Part shown: positions 12,326 through 26,491 of the stretch, piece by piece
How the letters are laid out: each line of letters opens with the position of its first letter
How positions within the stretch are numbered: position 1 is the stretch's first letter
NCBI RefSeq assembly: GCF_006345805.1
Contig: NC_043007.1
Location: 9,176,001-9,240,000 of the forward strand
Direction: 5' to 3'
Source: Octopus sinensis
Taxonomy: Eukaryota
DNA length: 64,000 nucleotides
Notes under the pieces: generated by a model
Database searches by the model: none
Seen by the model: the letters and a program-made list of their open reading frames with translations, nothing else
Told to the model about the DNA's origin: nothing
Translations under genes and position numbers: made by a program

Positions 12326-12609
12326 GTAAGACTATAGAGGTCTGCAGAACGGATAATGGGTGTCATAGGAATTTTAACGCACCAAAATAAACTGCAAAGA
12401 ACGCAAACGAATTGCAAAAAAGATTTTGCAAAGAGAGACAAATGTAGAACATGGTCATGATTCCTAAACAGAACAAGATCATACATATATATATACATAC
12501 ATACACGCAAGCGCACACACACAGGTACACGCACACACATAGGAACGTACTGACCCACGCATGTGTGTGTGTCTATGTGTGTGCTATACATACAGGAATG
12601 TTTATTATT

Positions 12610-13000
12610 CTTTTATTCTTTTACTTGTTTCAATCATTTGACTGCGGTCACGCTGGAGCACTGCCTTTTGTCAAAAACATCGACCCCAGGACTTATTCTT
12701 TGTAAGCCTTGTGCTTATTCCATCGGTCCCTTATGCCGAACCGCTATGTTACGGGGACGTAAACCTACCAACATCGGTTGTGAAGCGATGGTGAAGGGAA
12801 AAACACAGGAACACATATAAACATACACGCATACATATATAAATACGTATATATAGGACGGATTGCTTTCTGTTTCCATCTACTAAATCCATTCACAAGG
12901 TATTGGTCAGCCCCAGGATATAGTCGAATACACTTACATAAGGTGAGACTGAACCCGGGACTATGTAGTGGTGAAGTAAGCTTCATGCTACAGCCATGGC
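12610..13000 (-). mobile_element. SINE family A
   Basis: Reverse-complement tail, body and head. Confidence 0.85.
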
Positions 13001-13231
13001 TGTATGTGTGCATGTATGTGTACATGAATGTATGCATGTATATATGAATGGATGCATATTTGCATTCATGTATATATGTAAACTTACATATATACATGTA
13101 TGTGCTTATATGGTGACACATACAAAAATACCAATATATTTATACGCGTACAAATATGTATATATCTTCATATATACATGCATACGTATGTATAAAGATA
13201 TATATATACACATACAAACACAAATATATAT

Positions 13232-13293
<62 letters not shown>

Positions 13294-13607
13294 CACATAC
13301 ACACAGAGATACAAACGCATCACATATATATTCTCATATAACGAAAAAACGTTTTCCCCAATTACAATATCCATTTATCAGAATTGCTTTACAGTTCAAG
13401 TTCCTCTGTTGGTCTATTAATATGATTGATTAAATTTGGAAATCGGTAGGAAACGCCTACATCAATAATTATTTATTATGTTACATAGAATGTAGGGTTC
13501 GAGTTACATGCTGGGATAGTTTTCTTGTTTATCGAAATGAAGCCGCCACCGCATAAATCATACGTATTGTGTTTTGTTCATATATACATATATACAAATA
13601 TGTACAT

Positions 13608-13668
<61 letters not shown>

Positions 13669-13901
13669 GTATATATGTATATATTTTTATGTTTTTTAAA
13701 ATCTTGTATCTTATTCAACTAATGCAAATATTGTATGACATGGAAAAAATAATGTTGAACGAAGAATAGAATTATCACTGGGATATCACATTTTATTTCA
13801 GTTAATTAGAATATATGCCACGAATACCATGTAGACAGGCCTGTAGACGCACATGCAAAGGTGTACTCACACACGTATATATACACACATACATATATAT
13901 G

Positions 13902-13979
<78 letters not shown>

Positions 13980-14124
13980 GTATGTCCATGTGTGTGTGTG
14001 TACATATGTATAAACGAGTATAGAATTATTATATATATATATATATTCATGTATTCATAAAAGTATGCATTAATCATGAGTTTGTGTATACATACGTGTA
14101 TAATATATATAACATGTACAAGAA

Positions 14125-14280
14125 GGTATGTTTATGCGTTAAGAAATTTGCTTCCCAACCACATGTTACCATGTTCAGTTACACTGCATGGAACATTAGT
14201 AATCTATCTTCATCCATAGCTCGGGGACGACCGAATACACTTCATCTGTTTTGTTAGGCAGAAGCCGAAAGAAGCTCGTG
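14125..14280 (+). mobile_element. SINE family A 5' fragment
   Basis: GCTTCCCAACCACATG...CTCGGGGACGACC. Confidence 0.6.
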
Positions 14281-14631
14281 TATGCTTCAGTGCTTTTTGT
14301 CAGGCAGAAGCAAAAAGAAGCAATGTACTTTAGTCTCTTGTACAGATGAAATGTTTGCTAAAAAATTGTAATGGAGTATCCTATATGTTGTAAATCTATA
14401 TGGTCGTACGCATCCGAAGAGAGCGGTTTATTTCAAATTGATGTAATGTTTGCATCGATTGATTAAATGGAGCCGCTTGAAACGGACGTAATACACTGAT
14501 ACCTGGACATCCTGGTTATTTATTTGCTTTTCCTTCACCTAACTTCGAGCTGTGCCTAAACTCAAGTAGCCTTTTCAACTGAATTTTAATTCTTTCTTCC
14601 CTTGTCGACTGTATATATTTATATGTGTGTG

Positions 14632-14699
<68 letters not shown>

Positions 14700-14779
14700 C
14701 CGTTCTGTGTCTCTGTCTGTGTGTGCGTGTGTGTATGTGTGCGTGTGTGTTGTGTATGTGAGTGAGTGTTTTTCACCAG

Positions 14780-14822
14780 ATGCCCCGCCAGCCAATCGTA
14801 ATGCGGCGGTGCGACATTGAAG
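14780..14822 (+). CDS. Candidate internal exon, orphan gene (MPRQPIVMRRCDIE)
   Basis: TTTTTCACCAG acceptor and AAG|GTTTGT donor; 43 nt, phase 0 to 1; GC-rich island. Confidence 0.6.
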
Positions 14823-14943
14823 GTTTGTATATTAAATATCTGGCTTTAAAAATATAAGTTATTCAGTTCATTTATTCGATTACCCCATCATCCCCGCAGT
14901 CTAACAACTGAAACAAGTAATATATATATATATATATGTACAC

Positions 14944-15088
14944 TTATCTGTAATATAATATGTGACAATTATTCGGTTGCCATAATACAACTCCGAGTTT
15001 CGGATGTCGGAGCGGAAAGCTGCACCGGCATCTCTTCGGAGTTTGATTATGACAACTGAATAATTGTCACATATTATATTACAGATAA
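14944..15088. repeat. Fold-back element with 43-bp arms enclosing a hammerhead-like insert (PLE-type)
   Basis: Arms 14944-14986 and 15046-15088 match with 2 mismatches. The minus-strand centre reads CTCCGAAGA-GATG...CATC-CGAAACTCGGAGT. Confidence 0.75.
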
Positions 15089-15474
15089 AGTCCTCTATTT
15101 ACATAATATCGAGGTGTCTTTCATTCTTTTGTTGTCTTACCATTTTTATCAATATATATATATATATATATGCGAGTATATGTATATACATAACCCATGC
15201 ATATTCATAAGCATTTTGTTGATGTAATCGTCTCTTGTAGCAGATCGGGCAGCGTTTCTTAGATATTCTAATATGTTTGTGTTTTACTGGAGATTTTGAT
15301 TTTGTGCAGCTGGAAGAGAGATAAAGATTGAAACGCTTGTAATTTTATGAAATTCCCCCGACAGTACAATTGTGTTTGGGCATTAGAAACTCCTGTATAC
15401 TTGCAAATCATTGTTGATGCACTTTCTCGTGATCTCCCTTGACACTTACTCTCAGAGTGACCTTCTGCAACATT

Positions 15475-16600
15475 TACGGGGTATCCCGAAATTAAAGCAG
15501 CAATTCAGTGGTAAAGGTAAACACAATTGTGACATTACCATTCGATATGACCGCTTCTGTTTCGAATCTAGGTGCAAACGCTTCACATGCGTCACATAGA
15601 TGCTCTTGTGGAATCGAAGTCCATTCCTGGCGCAGTTTTGCCTACAGAACGTTCTGCGAAGCATGACGAATCCTCGAGACCTTAGTCTTTAAAATGGACC
15701 AAACAAAAATCCTGAAATCTGGGCTTCTTGGGAGCCATACTTCCTTGCCTGTAGATGACAAAATGTTCTTTTGAATCTAGAGTTGTGTCTGTTTCGAGCT
15801 GTGGGACGGTGCTGAGATAAGTTGGAGGCCCCAGGTTGCGCCTTGAAAGTGCTCCTTCGCTCATGGAAGCAGGTCAGCTTCCAGAATGTCGCTAATGAAT
15901 CGCTGTGTGTTAATTTTAACACCAGAGGACACAAAAACGAGTGAAGATCTTCCAGTGGTTGTCACAACCGCCCAAACGATAAGCGACTGTGGATTTTGAC
16001 GTCGATTTATGAGTCTATCCTCGACGGACCCTGATACACTCCCAAATCGGTCATTGTGGTGGTTTACTGTCTGTTCGATGACTTTTCATCACTTTTCATC
16101 ACTGATCATCAGTTTGGGCAGCGTTCTTTCAGCAATCTGATGAAGGATGAGACGAATTCTCTCCAGTTTCATTCCCTTAAAAACTTGTGTGAGCTCATGA
16201 CGACGGGACAATTTGTAGGGCTAGTTCCTGAGATTTTCCTTCAACACTTCATACAACGATGATCTGCTTATTTTTGCTGTGGCAGCCAGTTTTCTGAAGG
16301 AACGTCGAATATTTCGCCGTATCTTTTCTTTGGTACTGTTGATAAGCTGAGAGGTTTGCATATTTCTTTACAGCCACATCCAGTTCCATCTGCGGTGGAA
16401 CCAGTCTCTTGAAGTATTTTGACAATTTTCCAGACAGATAGTCGGTTATTTTTAATTTCTTTTGCAACAGCTGTATTAATTTCGCCTCTTTTGTGGAGGT
16501 TCATGGTAGTATTGCGGTCTATAGCCATCATCAAATTTATAAATGTGAATTTGCTTAATGAGAAAGAAAATGTAGACACACTAAGCTTTTATAATAATAC
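15475..16600 (-). mobile_element. Decayed Tc1/mariner-superfamily transposon, probably maT/DD37D-like
   Basis: N-terminal HTH region (16268-16579), and downstream ISAPSH...WLPRSPD..VWSILKTKV with stops and frameshifts; a TIR-like TACGGGGTATCCCGAAATT at one end only. Confidence 0.8.
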
Positions 16601-17059
16601 ATAATTTTCATCTTGTCCATGTATATAAATGTTTTTCCAAATAATATTGCACAGCAGTTTAGAAGCTCTTAGGACGATATACGGTAAAGTACAAGCGCTC
16701 AGCTTCTTTTTATTGTTGTTTCCGAATACGGCTCTGTGGCAGAACCGTTAGGACATAACGAAAATGATTTGCGGTAAGTCTTCCGACTGGTCATAATTTA
16801 AGTTCAAATCTCGTTGGATTTATCTTTGCTGATATTCGATAAACTAAATTTTCAGTCAAGTACAGCGATTGATGGTAACGAATGACACCATTCCATCAAC
16901 ATTATTGGCCTTTTCATCAAGAGTGCATGCCATTGTTTCTATGACAATATTTTTGTAGGAATAAAAGATACGTAGGTGCCGGATTTTTATCGAACGCATA
17001 TGCGACAAACAAAACATGGAGAGAATTAAATTCATATAAATAATCGTCTCTATTGGATG

Positions 17060-17258
17060 CACACGGCCTCAAATTTGTAGGGCGGGGATTTGTCTATTTA
17101 ATCGAACCCAGTATTTCATTGGTACTTAATTTATCGTCTCCGAAAAGATGAAAGGCAAAGTCGACCTCGGTGGAATTTGAACTCAGAACATAGCGACGGG
17201 AGAAATACCGGCAAGCCTTTCGTCCAGTGTGCTAATGATTCTGCCAATTCGCCGCTTT
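17060..17258 (-). mobile_element. SINE family B
   Basis: Reverse-complement head, core and tail 2. Confidence 0.8.
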
Positions 17259-17271
17259 AAATTAATATAAA

Positions 17272-17661
17272 TCTATATATGTAAAGCTGAAGTTGTCTGT
17301 GTGTGGCAGGTTTGGTAGCCTTCAACTAACACTATCACCTCCGAGACTCTGCGGCGCAAGTTGACCAAAATTGAGAGTATGATAGAAGAAGGCTTGCTCT
17401 TCATTCCGTAGAAGATAAAATTCAAATCGGACCATGTTAACGACAAAAATTATTTACACCAAAAGGTGCTTTTTTTCTATGAAAATCCTTATTTTTTACG
17501 ATTTTTATACTGCTGTGTCGCCATTTTTCGGTGTATTTCAACCAGAAAAAATGTTCACTTAAAGAGAATAACAAGATACATAATGCAAACTTTTTACTTT
17601 TCAAAAATTCCAATTCTAAAGGGTCAAGAAGAACCCGAGCAACGCCGGGCGATACCGCTAG
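17272..17661 (+). mobile_element. Non-autonomous Helitron-like element
   Basis: Starts A|TCTATATAT; ends with hairpin CCCG-AGCAACGC-CGGG then CTAG (17658-17661). Confidence 0.7.
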
Positions 17662-17902
17662 CGATAATATAAGAACGAGCTGCGAAACAATTAGCATTGG
17701 ATCAAATTTACATTACAAATACGACGAATATGTATTCAAGCAGATATAACAAAAAAAAAAAACTGACACCTAATCCCGAAGATGTACACACACACACACA
17801 CATATAGATAGATAGGATACTCATTTAAATATATATATATACATATATTTACTTACACATATATATGTACATATATATATGCACATATAAATATATATAT
17901 GC

Positions 17903-17956
<54 letters not shown>

Positions 17957-18563
17957 GCACGCAAAACAATATCTGAATAGAATATATTTACATCCATTGA
18001 CGCATTGGCATGCGTGTGCCTGTATAGACACATACATACACACACACACACATATGCACACACACACACATATAAAAATGTATCCATATATACAGATATA
18101 CATAAGTCCACATTGATACAGAACACGCACAATTACATACACACGCACACACATACACAACCACACAAACACATATATACACGATATATCATATGGAATG
18201 ATGACTTTAAGTAATGTGTTTCGTGTCTTCTAAAATTAATTAATCTAAAGGCGAAATTATATTTCCTTTGTTCTATTCCTTTGCCCACGGAATTTACCAT
18301 CGTGTGGTTGAGGTTTCCTAGTAGAGGCAGCTAAATGAAATATTCGTTAACCTTAGGCGTGTATGTAGAGACTATTGTGCGATGAATATTTCAACATTGA
18401 AGCCTTTGTCATATCTGTCGTGTTTTAAGGGGGAAATAACCGGAGTGCTACATACTTAACAAAAGGAAAATTTCAATGGAATATGGCATAAGTTTCAATA
18501 TACACGTGTATGTGCATATACATACATACATACATACATACATACATACATACGTACATACAT

Positions 18564-18608
<45 letters not shown>

Positions 18609-18964
18609 GGTGTTTGCAAGAAATGTGTATGTTGGTAAAGACAAAGAAATGATTTACAATTTCGAAATAGATATGTAAGTAAATGAAAACATGGAGAATC
18701 GTTAACTGCTTGAAGGACGATGTTAAAATACATACGCACGTAAATACACTTATTTTTACAAAATATGCGTTAAAAAACGTGCGTGTGAGTGTGTATGCGC
18801 GTGTTTTTTTGTGTGTTTGTGTGTATATGTTTTAGTGTATGTGTTGTGTGCGAATATGTTTACAGAATATTTCAAATAATTTTTGTAATATAGACCATAT
18901 ATCAAGCCTATAGGAACCTGTTTGTTATGCTTCTATTTATGTACGTATGAAAAATATATACACG

Positions 18965-19048
<84 letters not shown>

Positions 19049-19849
19049 CACATATACATATATACATACACCATCTCACTGGTCCGATGTCTTCTTCGCT
19101 TGATGTTTGGTGTCGAAGAAGTGGCTTCCTTCCTGCTGTTCTGTCAGAGTGTCATGTCAGAGGGTCCTGGTTGATCAGGCCGAGGTGATGTGAACTCCTT
19201 CCCTTTTCTGGTGAATTACACTATCACTCTATTAACTGTAGAAAACGGGATCGCATGTCTTCTGCCTTTTTGACACTATGTCCACCTTGAGATTGACCTA
19301 CAATACGGCCTTTATGAAATTCGGACTGCTCAAAGGCCCTTTCTGTAAGTGGCATGATTAAATAGTTACATGTAGAACCTGAAACATAAGATCGTTAATT
19401 AAGAATAAAATATAAACTTTTCAAGTTAAAATAAACATGAAACGATGTTTCATGGGGTGTCTTTTTACTTCTGTCATGCCGGTGTGTAGTAGTTACAGGG
19501 TTCTTTAGAATCAACTAGCGATTTTACGCTGAATATGTCCACCTTCTGAATGACCCCTCAATCGCGAAATCGTGGTTTCAATTCTTAGGTCGGATGGTGC
19601 GTTGTGTTCTTGAACAAAACACTTTATCTCATGTACCTGTACGATCATTTCGACATCTGACCCGTGATTTCCAGTGCACCTGTACACACATCGTCGGTTT
19701 GATAAAGAGAGTGAGCTAATGAGTAGCACGAACATTGGATCACTATCGTAAAATTGTTTGTGCAGGTCGGTCTGCAAAAGTCGAAAGCTCAAACGTCGTC
19801 TTCGAGAGGGAGACTCGATCATATATATATATAACGAGAATTCACAAAA

Positions 19850-20015
19850 AAAAAAGACGAAGACAGGTGGTGTAGACAACAAACAGATGCATTAGTATAA
19901 CGCTCGGGAAGGGAAAAAGTCTTTAACGTTTCGAGCCTACGCTCTTGCACAGAAAGAAACACAGAAAGAAACAAGGCGAGAAAATAACGAATGTGTACTG
20001 GCTAGCGATCTGTGC
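19850..20015 (-). mobile_element. PLE-type terminal-repeat remnant with mutated hammerhead (19921-19956)
   Basis: CTTT-CTGTGCA-A-GAGC-GTAG-GCTC-GAAA-CG-TT-AAAG; same family at 21130-21330, 54160-54340 and 58780-58930. Confidence 0.6.
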
Positions 20016-20805
20016 ATGTGTGTTGAAGTAAATCTTGTTTCTTGGGACGGTATTAATGCCAATAATAATAAACTAGCTCTGGTTCAATTAAACTTCTCGG
20101 TTTTTAGTCAAACGTTTAAATATTCTATCCAACTAACTACTAAATATTTTGTTTAATATGATAGTTAAAAATTGGTTTCTTGTTTGTTAAACTCCTTTAA
20201 TCTCTGTTCGAGAGATCATCGATGACATGCCGCCTGTGTTCAAGATATGCCTTCAATCTGTCTGAGAGTTACTCTTAAGGCTTGTGTGTGTGTGCTTGTA
20301 TATATGTATGTAGATGAGTCGTTGTTTAAGAGTGAATGCAAGTACTCTTTTTTTCCGAGTACATTCGATGATTCTTTCTGTCTCTTTAAACACAGAACAA
20401 TGGTGTTTAAGATGGTAGTACATCGTAGTCCGTGAAGGACTGCTCCGCAGTTTCTTGCTGATCGACCTGCATAACTGATTTGTTAACAGTGATCAAATAT
20501 ATGTGACGTACGTTAGCTTACTCCATCCATCAAATCGACGCAGTCTGGACCGATGCATGGTTTGACACAGGTCAGGTATCGAAGTAATCGCAGAGCAACG
20601 TCAGACGAAGGTTTTCGTCACGAACACAAATCACTACCCTATCCAGGAACTGTAACAACCATCTCGCGTTCGTGAATGCAATATTATAGCCGCTTGCTTA
20701 TGCGCCCTTCAATAACCGCATTATAATAGTGTGTGTTAGAAATGTCGACGTCACACCTCAAACAGACCAAAGGCTTTGATTTACAATTTTTAGTTTATTT
20801 GCCAG

Positions 20806-20870
20806 ATGGGTCCGCATTTAGAGCAGTAATTTTTGAATTTCACAGTCAATATGGGGACGATAAGACACAG
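20806..20870 (+). CDS. Candidate internal exon, orphan gene ((D)GSAFRAVIFEFHSQYGDDKTQ)
   Basis: TTTATTTGCCAG acceptor and CAG|GTAAAT donor; 65 nt, phase 1 to 0, open. Confidence 0.6.
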
Positions 20871-21135
20871 GTAAATCTCATATTTTCTTTACACGGCTGA
20901 GCGTCAGTGTCTGTATGAGAAGAACTTGGGCAGAAAAGAGGTTACAGGTATAACGACAGGGTACTTCAGAAGACTTTATAATAATCGTATATATGTATGC
21001 ATGAATGCATGTATCTATTCAGCTATCTATTCACACGCTCACGTACACACACACACACAGATACACATGCACATACTTACACACAAACATATATATATAT
21101 ATATATAAATATATGTAAATTATATATCTATATCT

Positions 21136-21324
21136 ATAGCGCTATACTTATACATCTGTTTCTTTGTACACCACCTGCCTTCGTCTTTTGTTTATTTTCG
21201 TAAACTTTCCCTTTATATATATATATATATATTATATATATATATATATAGCGCTATACTAATACATATGTTTGTTTGTACACCACCTCCCTTCGTCTTT
21301 TGTTTATTTTCGTAAACTTTCCCT

Positions 21325-21330
<6 letters not shown>
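21136..21330 (+). repeat. Direct duplication of an about 80-bp PLE-type fragment, separated by (TA)n
   Basis: TATAGCGCTATAC...CTTCGTCTTTTGTTTATTTTCGTAAACTTTCCC occurs twice. Confidence 0.85.
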
Positions 21331-21361
<31 letters not shown>

Positions 21362-22496
21362 GTGTGTGTGTGTGTGTATCTATGTATGTATGCATATACA
21401 AGGAAGGTATGTAATGGGCTATGAAAAATAACAGTGTATTCAAAGGAAAAGATTTAGACGCGTTCAAACGCAAACAAATGTACATACGCAAGTCACAATC
21501 GCAGGTATACAGGGATATATTAACGTATACTAACAGAGAGAAATGCAGAAGCAAACAAGCACCCCCCAACACACACACGCCCACAAATAAATACATAATA
21601 TAGATTTATATATATATATATATTATATATATATATATATATGCAGGGAGAGATAGATAGATACATACATACATACATAAATAGTCAGATAGATAAATAA
21701 ACAGATAGATAGGTAGATATAAATAATCACCAATACCAACAAACATGCTCATTCACATACGATTTTTACAGAAATACATATGCATAAATACCTAGTACTC
21801 ACACGCGTATGAATATCTCTCAGTGCAAATTTATACACATACTTTATATATACTAGAGGTTACGGGTAATTGTAAAAAATGAATAAATGATTAAATCGAT
21901 ACTACTCTTTCATATGGTGTGGGAGGTGATGGCAAACATATTTTGCGAATACATGTGCACACGTACACGCACTGAGACACATATATATATGTATATATAT
22001 ATTATGTAAATATATATATATATATATATATATATAATCTAGTGCTTTTGTACGTGTATATGTATATATATGTGTGTGTATAAATATATATACATACGTA
22101 TATATATATTTATTTGTGTGAATATGTGTGTGTGTGTGTGTATATATATATATTTACATATACGTTTACACACATATGTATATATATATACATACGTATA
22201 CACATACACATACACACACACATATATATTTCTACATATATATACAGTTTTGCGCACATATGCGTACATTTTATAAATACATAATGCATTTAGAATGTTA
22301 GCTCCAAGTTTGCAAAGATCATGAATAAACGGCGTGTGTTTGTGTGTGTGTTCAATGCATGAAGGTAATCTATTCATATGTATATATATATATTCATATA
22401 TTCATGGATATGTATATATTTACACGTCTGTATGAATATATATATGTGTATATATAAATATAATGGATATATATAAATATAATTGTATATATATAT

Positions 22497-22540
<44 letters not shown>

Positions 22541-23133
22541 TATATATATATATATAAATACACGTAGAAGCATACTGAGATCGAGAAAGGTAAGGAGAGT
22601 CGGATGGGAGAGCGCATAGGAGGATGTAGTTATTATTTTAATCTTTCATTTAGATTCCTCGTTCATATTCTTCATTATTCCCCAATCTCTCTCAGAATTT
22701 TATGTTCCATTTTTTCAAAAATCGTGACACCGCTCCTTTTTTCTCTCCTTTCTCCGCTTTACATCTTTATTATTCTGCTTCTTTCACTGATGGCTTTCGT
22801 GTTTTTTTTTCTTCTTCTTTGTCTTATTCTTTCGCTTCTTTCATGTTATTTTCTAAAAGAAAAACCAGCAGCAGCAGCAGACATTCCTTTCCTCTTCCAC
22901 TTAATTCACTGAAGAACCGTTTCAATGGTTTAAACATCTTCCAGAGTATGAGTTATCTGTAAAACCAGAAGAATATATTAGATGTGAGTTAAAGACATTT
23001 ATATACATACGTTGAAACGCAACTAAGCATTTAACCGCTCACGCACATAAATATGTGTTTTATTTCATACGGTTGTATTTGTGTGTGTGTGTACGTATAT
23101 ATATATATATATATGTGTGTGTTATTATGTGTT

Positions 23134-23189
<56 letters not shown>

Positions 23190-23272
23190 TATTCACACAG
23201 ACTTGCATGCACCACTGTCCAACTTATATCTATAATTATATATAACAGTATGTTCATATATATATATGCAAG

Positions 23273-23304
<32 letters not shown>

Positions 23305-24393
23305 GTGTGTGTGTGTATGTGTGTGTGTAGTTATATATATATATATGTATATACATACACACACACATATATATATATATATATGGAAGTATATGCATGT
23401 TCACGTGTGTATTTGTGTGTGTATGTGTGTATACTTATATATATGTATATATATATATATACACGTACACACACTACACATATATGGTTACACAAACACC
23501 CCCCCACACACACACACACAGAAACACTCATCCACATGCATATTCTTCCTGAATTGCTATGAATATTTTACAACAACAAAACATAAATATAAATACAAAA
23601 AAACATCAACCAAATTGAAAGTAAATAACAACAAGCAATAAATAAAATAAAATAATATAAAACATCTAACATCACAAAGCGAAAAAAAAAACAAACTAAA
23701 AAGCCTCAGAAAATACATATTGTACAAATATAAATTAGGACTGAACTATTTAAATCCGGTTTCGTTCACAATTCCTCGTCACATTTCTTATCATTTCACG
23801 CATACAAAAACACTGTTTTAAAAGACCACCACGAATATGTATTCTTCAGTTCTGCTAATTTTATCAGATCACGTGGCTTTAAAGTAATATGTTCATTGCC
23901 AAAATAAGGCCACCATTTTGACATCTTTTGAAAAGCCTTCTAATTATTTTAATGCATACGTAAATAGTTGTAAATTCTCCATTTATTTCTTCGTCTCCTT
24001 TTCCATTATTTATTTAACTCACTTCCGTTTATCTATCTCATACTATATATCTTTCGTTTCATTCATAATTCTTTTTTATATCAATATATCTTTCGTTCTT
24101 ACTACGTTCTTTATTTTTTTTTCTTCATGTTTTCTAATTTTCTGGTTTATTTATTTATTTATTTATTTATTTTTCTTTCTTTCGTATTTCATTCAGATTC
24201 ACACTTAGACTTCATTTGAAGTCATTGCCTTCCTTTCTAAATGTTTACTTTCCTTCTAAATTTCTCTTCCGAAAGGATGGAATGCTTAGTGACTCAATCG
24301 CCTTTTAAATATCAGTCTCTTTTTAATCCACTCTCTCTCAGTAACTACACACAGACATGCACACGCCAGCCCGCACACACACACACACACACA

Positions 24394-24460
<67 letters not shown>

Positions 24461-24490
24461 TTTATTTTAAGCAAAAACTGCTAGCAAAAA

Positions 24491-24528
24491 CTGTCTGATG
24501 AACGGCAACGAGAAACTCAGAGTAAGAG
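24491..24528 (+). ncRNA. Hammerhead-like motif, intact core, imperfect stems
   Basis: CTGT-CTGATGA-ACG-GCAA-CGA-GAAA-CTCAGAG-TA-AGAG; same family as 58574-58611, including the downstream AATAAAGCATATTACTCTACC. Confidence 0.6.
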
Positions 24529-24670
24529 ATTTTGTTGAATTTTCTGCTGCTTAAAATAAAGCATATTACTCTACCACTGGTATTTGAGTACTCTTTTTTC
24601 CACCTTGTTTCACATTTATGTGTTTACTCCGGTATATATATATATATATATATTTATTTATATATATATA

Positions 24671-24886
24671 CGAGGGGTATCGAAAATTTCCTGGCTTTGG
24701 TTAAAAGAAAATATAGGAGGGTCTGTTAATTAAAATTGTTATACAACGTATTCCCGTCACAGATTCATACATTTATTGCACCGATCGTTCAATATTTTTA
24801 AAGCCCGTAAAAGAAGTCGGAAGGTCGGACCTTCAATCAGGCGTTTTGTAATATCCGTAAAAACTAGGAACTTTTCATACCTTTCG
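24671..24886. mobile_element. Mariner-type MITE
   Basis: TA|CGAGGGGTATCGAAAATTTCCTGG and degenerate inverse CTAGGAACTTTTCATACCTTTCGT. Confidence 0.65.
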
Positions 24887-24958
24887 TCTGTCTGCCTATG
24901 CATACACGCACGGGCATGCACACGCACCCGCTACACACACATACACATGTATACATAC

Positions 24959-25005
<47 letters not shown>

Positions 25006-25018
25006 CGTATACATATAC

Positions 25019-25049
<31 letters not shown>

Positions 25050-25639
25050 ATATATATATAAGGATTTGTAGTTGACATTTCATATTTTATGAAAGATATG
25101 AAGATTATGCTGTGAATGAATAAAAAATTTATTCAAAAACGCTAATTGGTAGCAACGACATCATATTAATATGGCAGGTGTGTTTGAATTAAATATATTC
25201 TGTCACGTGTACGTAAGCAAAACTAGGTGAAAATTTGAAGATAAGGACAATATTACAATGTGGATTATTACGCATTCGCACACAAACACACACACATATT
25301 GTGTATATACGTGCATAAATATACATGCATCCACATGTATAAGCGCCAGAAAGAGAGCGAGAGCCAAAGAAGTATAGTTATAAAATGCAGTTGGCAGAAT
25401 CGTTTGCACGCCAGACAAAATGGTACCGTGTGCCGTTTCGCCAGCCGTCTTTACGATGTGAGTTCAAATTCCACCGAAATTGGCTCACTGACGTATATAC
25501 GAGATGAATTTCAGAAGTTTTGAGTTTCTTTTAGGCGACGCATTTATAATTGTTGTAGATTATTATAATTGTATTTGTTTTGAGGATTATGGATTTTGTG
25601 ACAAAGTTCCTTGGCTCCTTAATTTTCGAGATATTCCAG

Positions 25640-25960
25640 GGGGCCCACGTCATGTGGCTGGAGCGCTGCAAAGAGTGCATTGAAGTTAGGGTATCCTACT
25701 GTGAAGGGGATTAGAGATTTGCACTTCTGTGAAATTAATAAATGTTCTGAAAATGTTTAAAATCTTCCGGAATGCACCTTTTATGATATTTCTTACATAT
25801 GGGATGATACAACAGGGGACGTGTTTTTATAACGGTTGCAAGATTTTACCAAAACTCTTTTGTGACAAATATGATAACTTGATGCAAATACTATAACATA
25901 AGATATTGAATATGAAACATTGTTTGCATACAGATATGTATAAGATTTATAATGTGTAAA
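25640..25960 (-). pseudogene. hAT (Charlie/Spin-like) transposase C-terminal relic
   Basis: FASSYHIC and PNFNAL..LQPH resemble the hAT dimerisation-domain end (FGSTY.CE...PDF..L...Q.H); heavily decayed. Confidence 0.4.
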
Positions 25961-26059
25961 TACAGATGTCGGGAGGCGGTAGTTGCAATATTTCATTACA
26001 GAGTTGTTCTTGAAGAAATTTGTGCCTTTGCAGGAATGACTGGTGACGCAGTAACTCCA

Positions 26060-26320
26060 TTTGCCAACAAAAACTCCCTTGAGATATTGTTATATTTTAC
26101 TACAAATGCCTGGATTCCTTTATGCATGGACCTGACTAAGTCATTGAACCACCGAGAACATCAGCGTTACTTAACAACCACTCATAATCCATCTTGGGAT
26201 ACCTTGTCCAGTCGAAATCCTTTGTGAAATCTATGAACACTGCATACATAGGCATGTTCTGCTGAAAGCATTTTTCCTGAATTTGGCTAAGACAAAACGC
26301 CGATTCTTCACCACAAAAAA
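26060..26320 (-). pseudogene. RTE-clade LINE reverse transcriptase fragment
   Basis: QIQEKCFQQNMPMYAVFIDFTKDFD, then after a frameshift FNDLVRSMHKG...LANGV. Confidence 0.75.
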
Positions 26321-26426
26321 AGAAGAATCTAAACATTATTACACACACACACACACACAGATGCACATACACATATATATACATATAAGTAAACATATAT
26401 ATATATATGAAAATATATATATGTAA

Positions 26427-26491
<65 letters not shown>

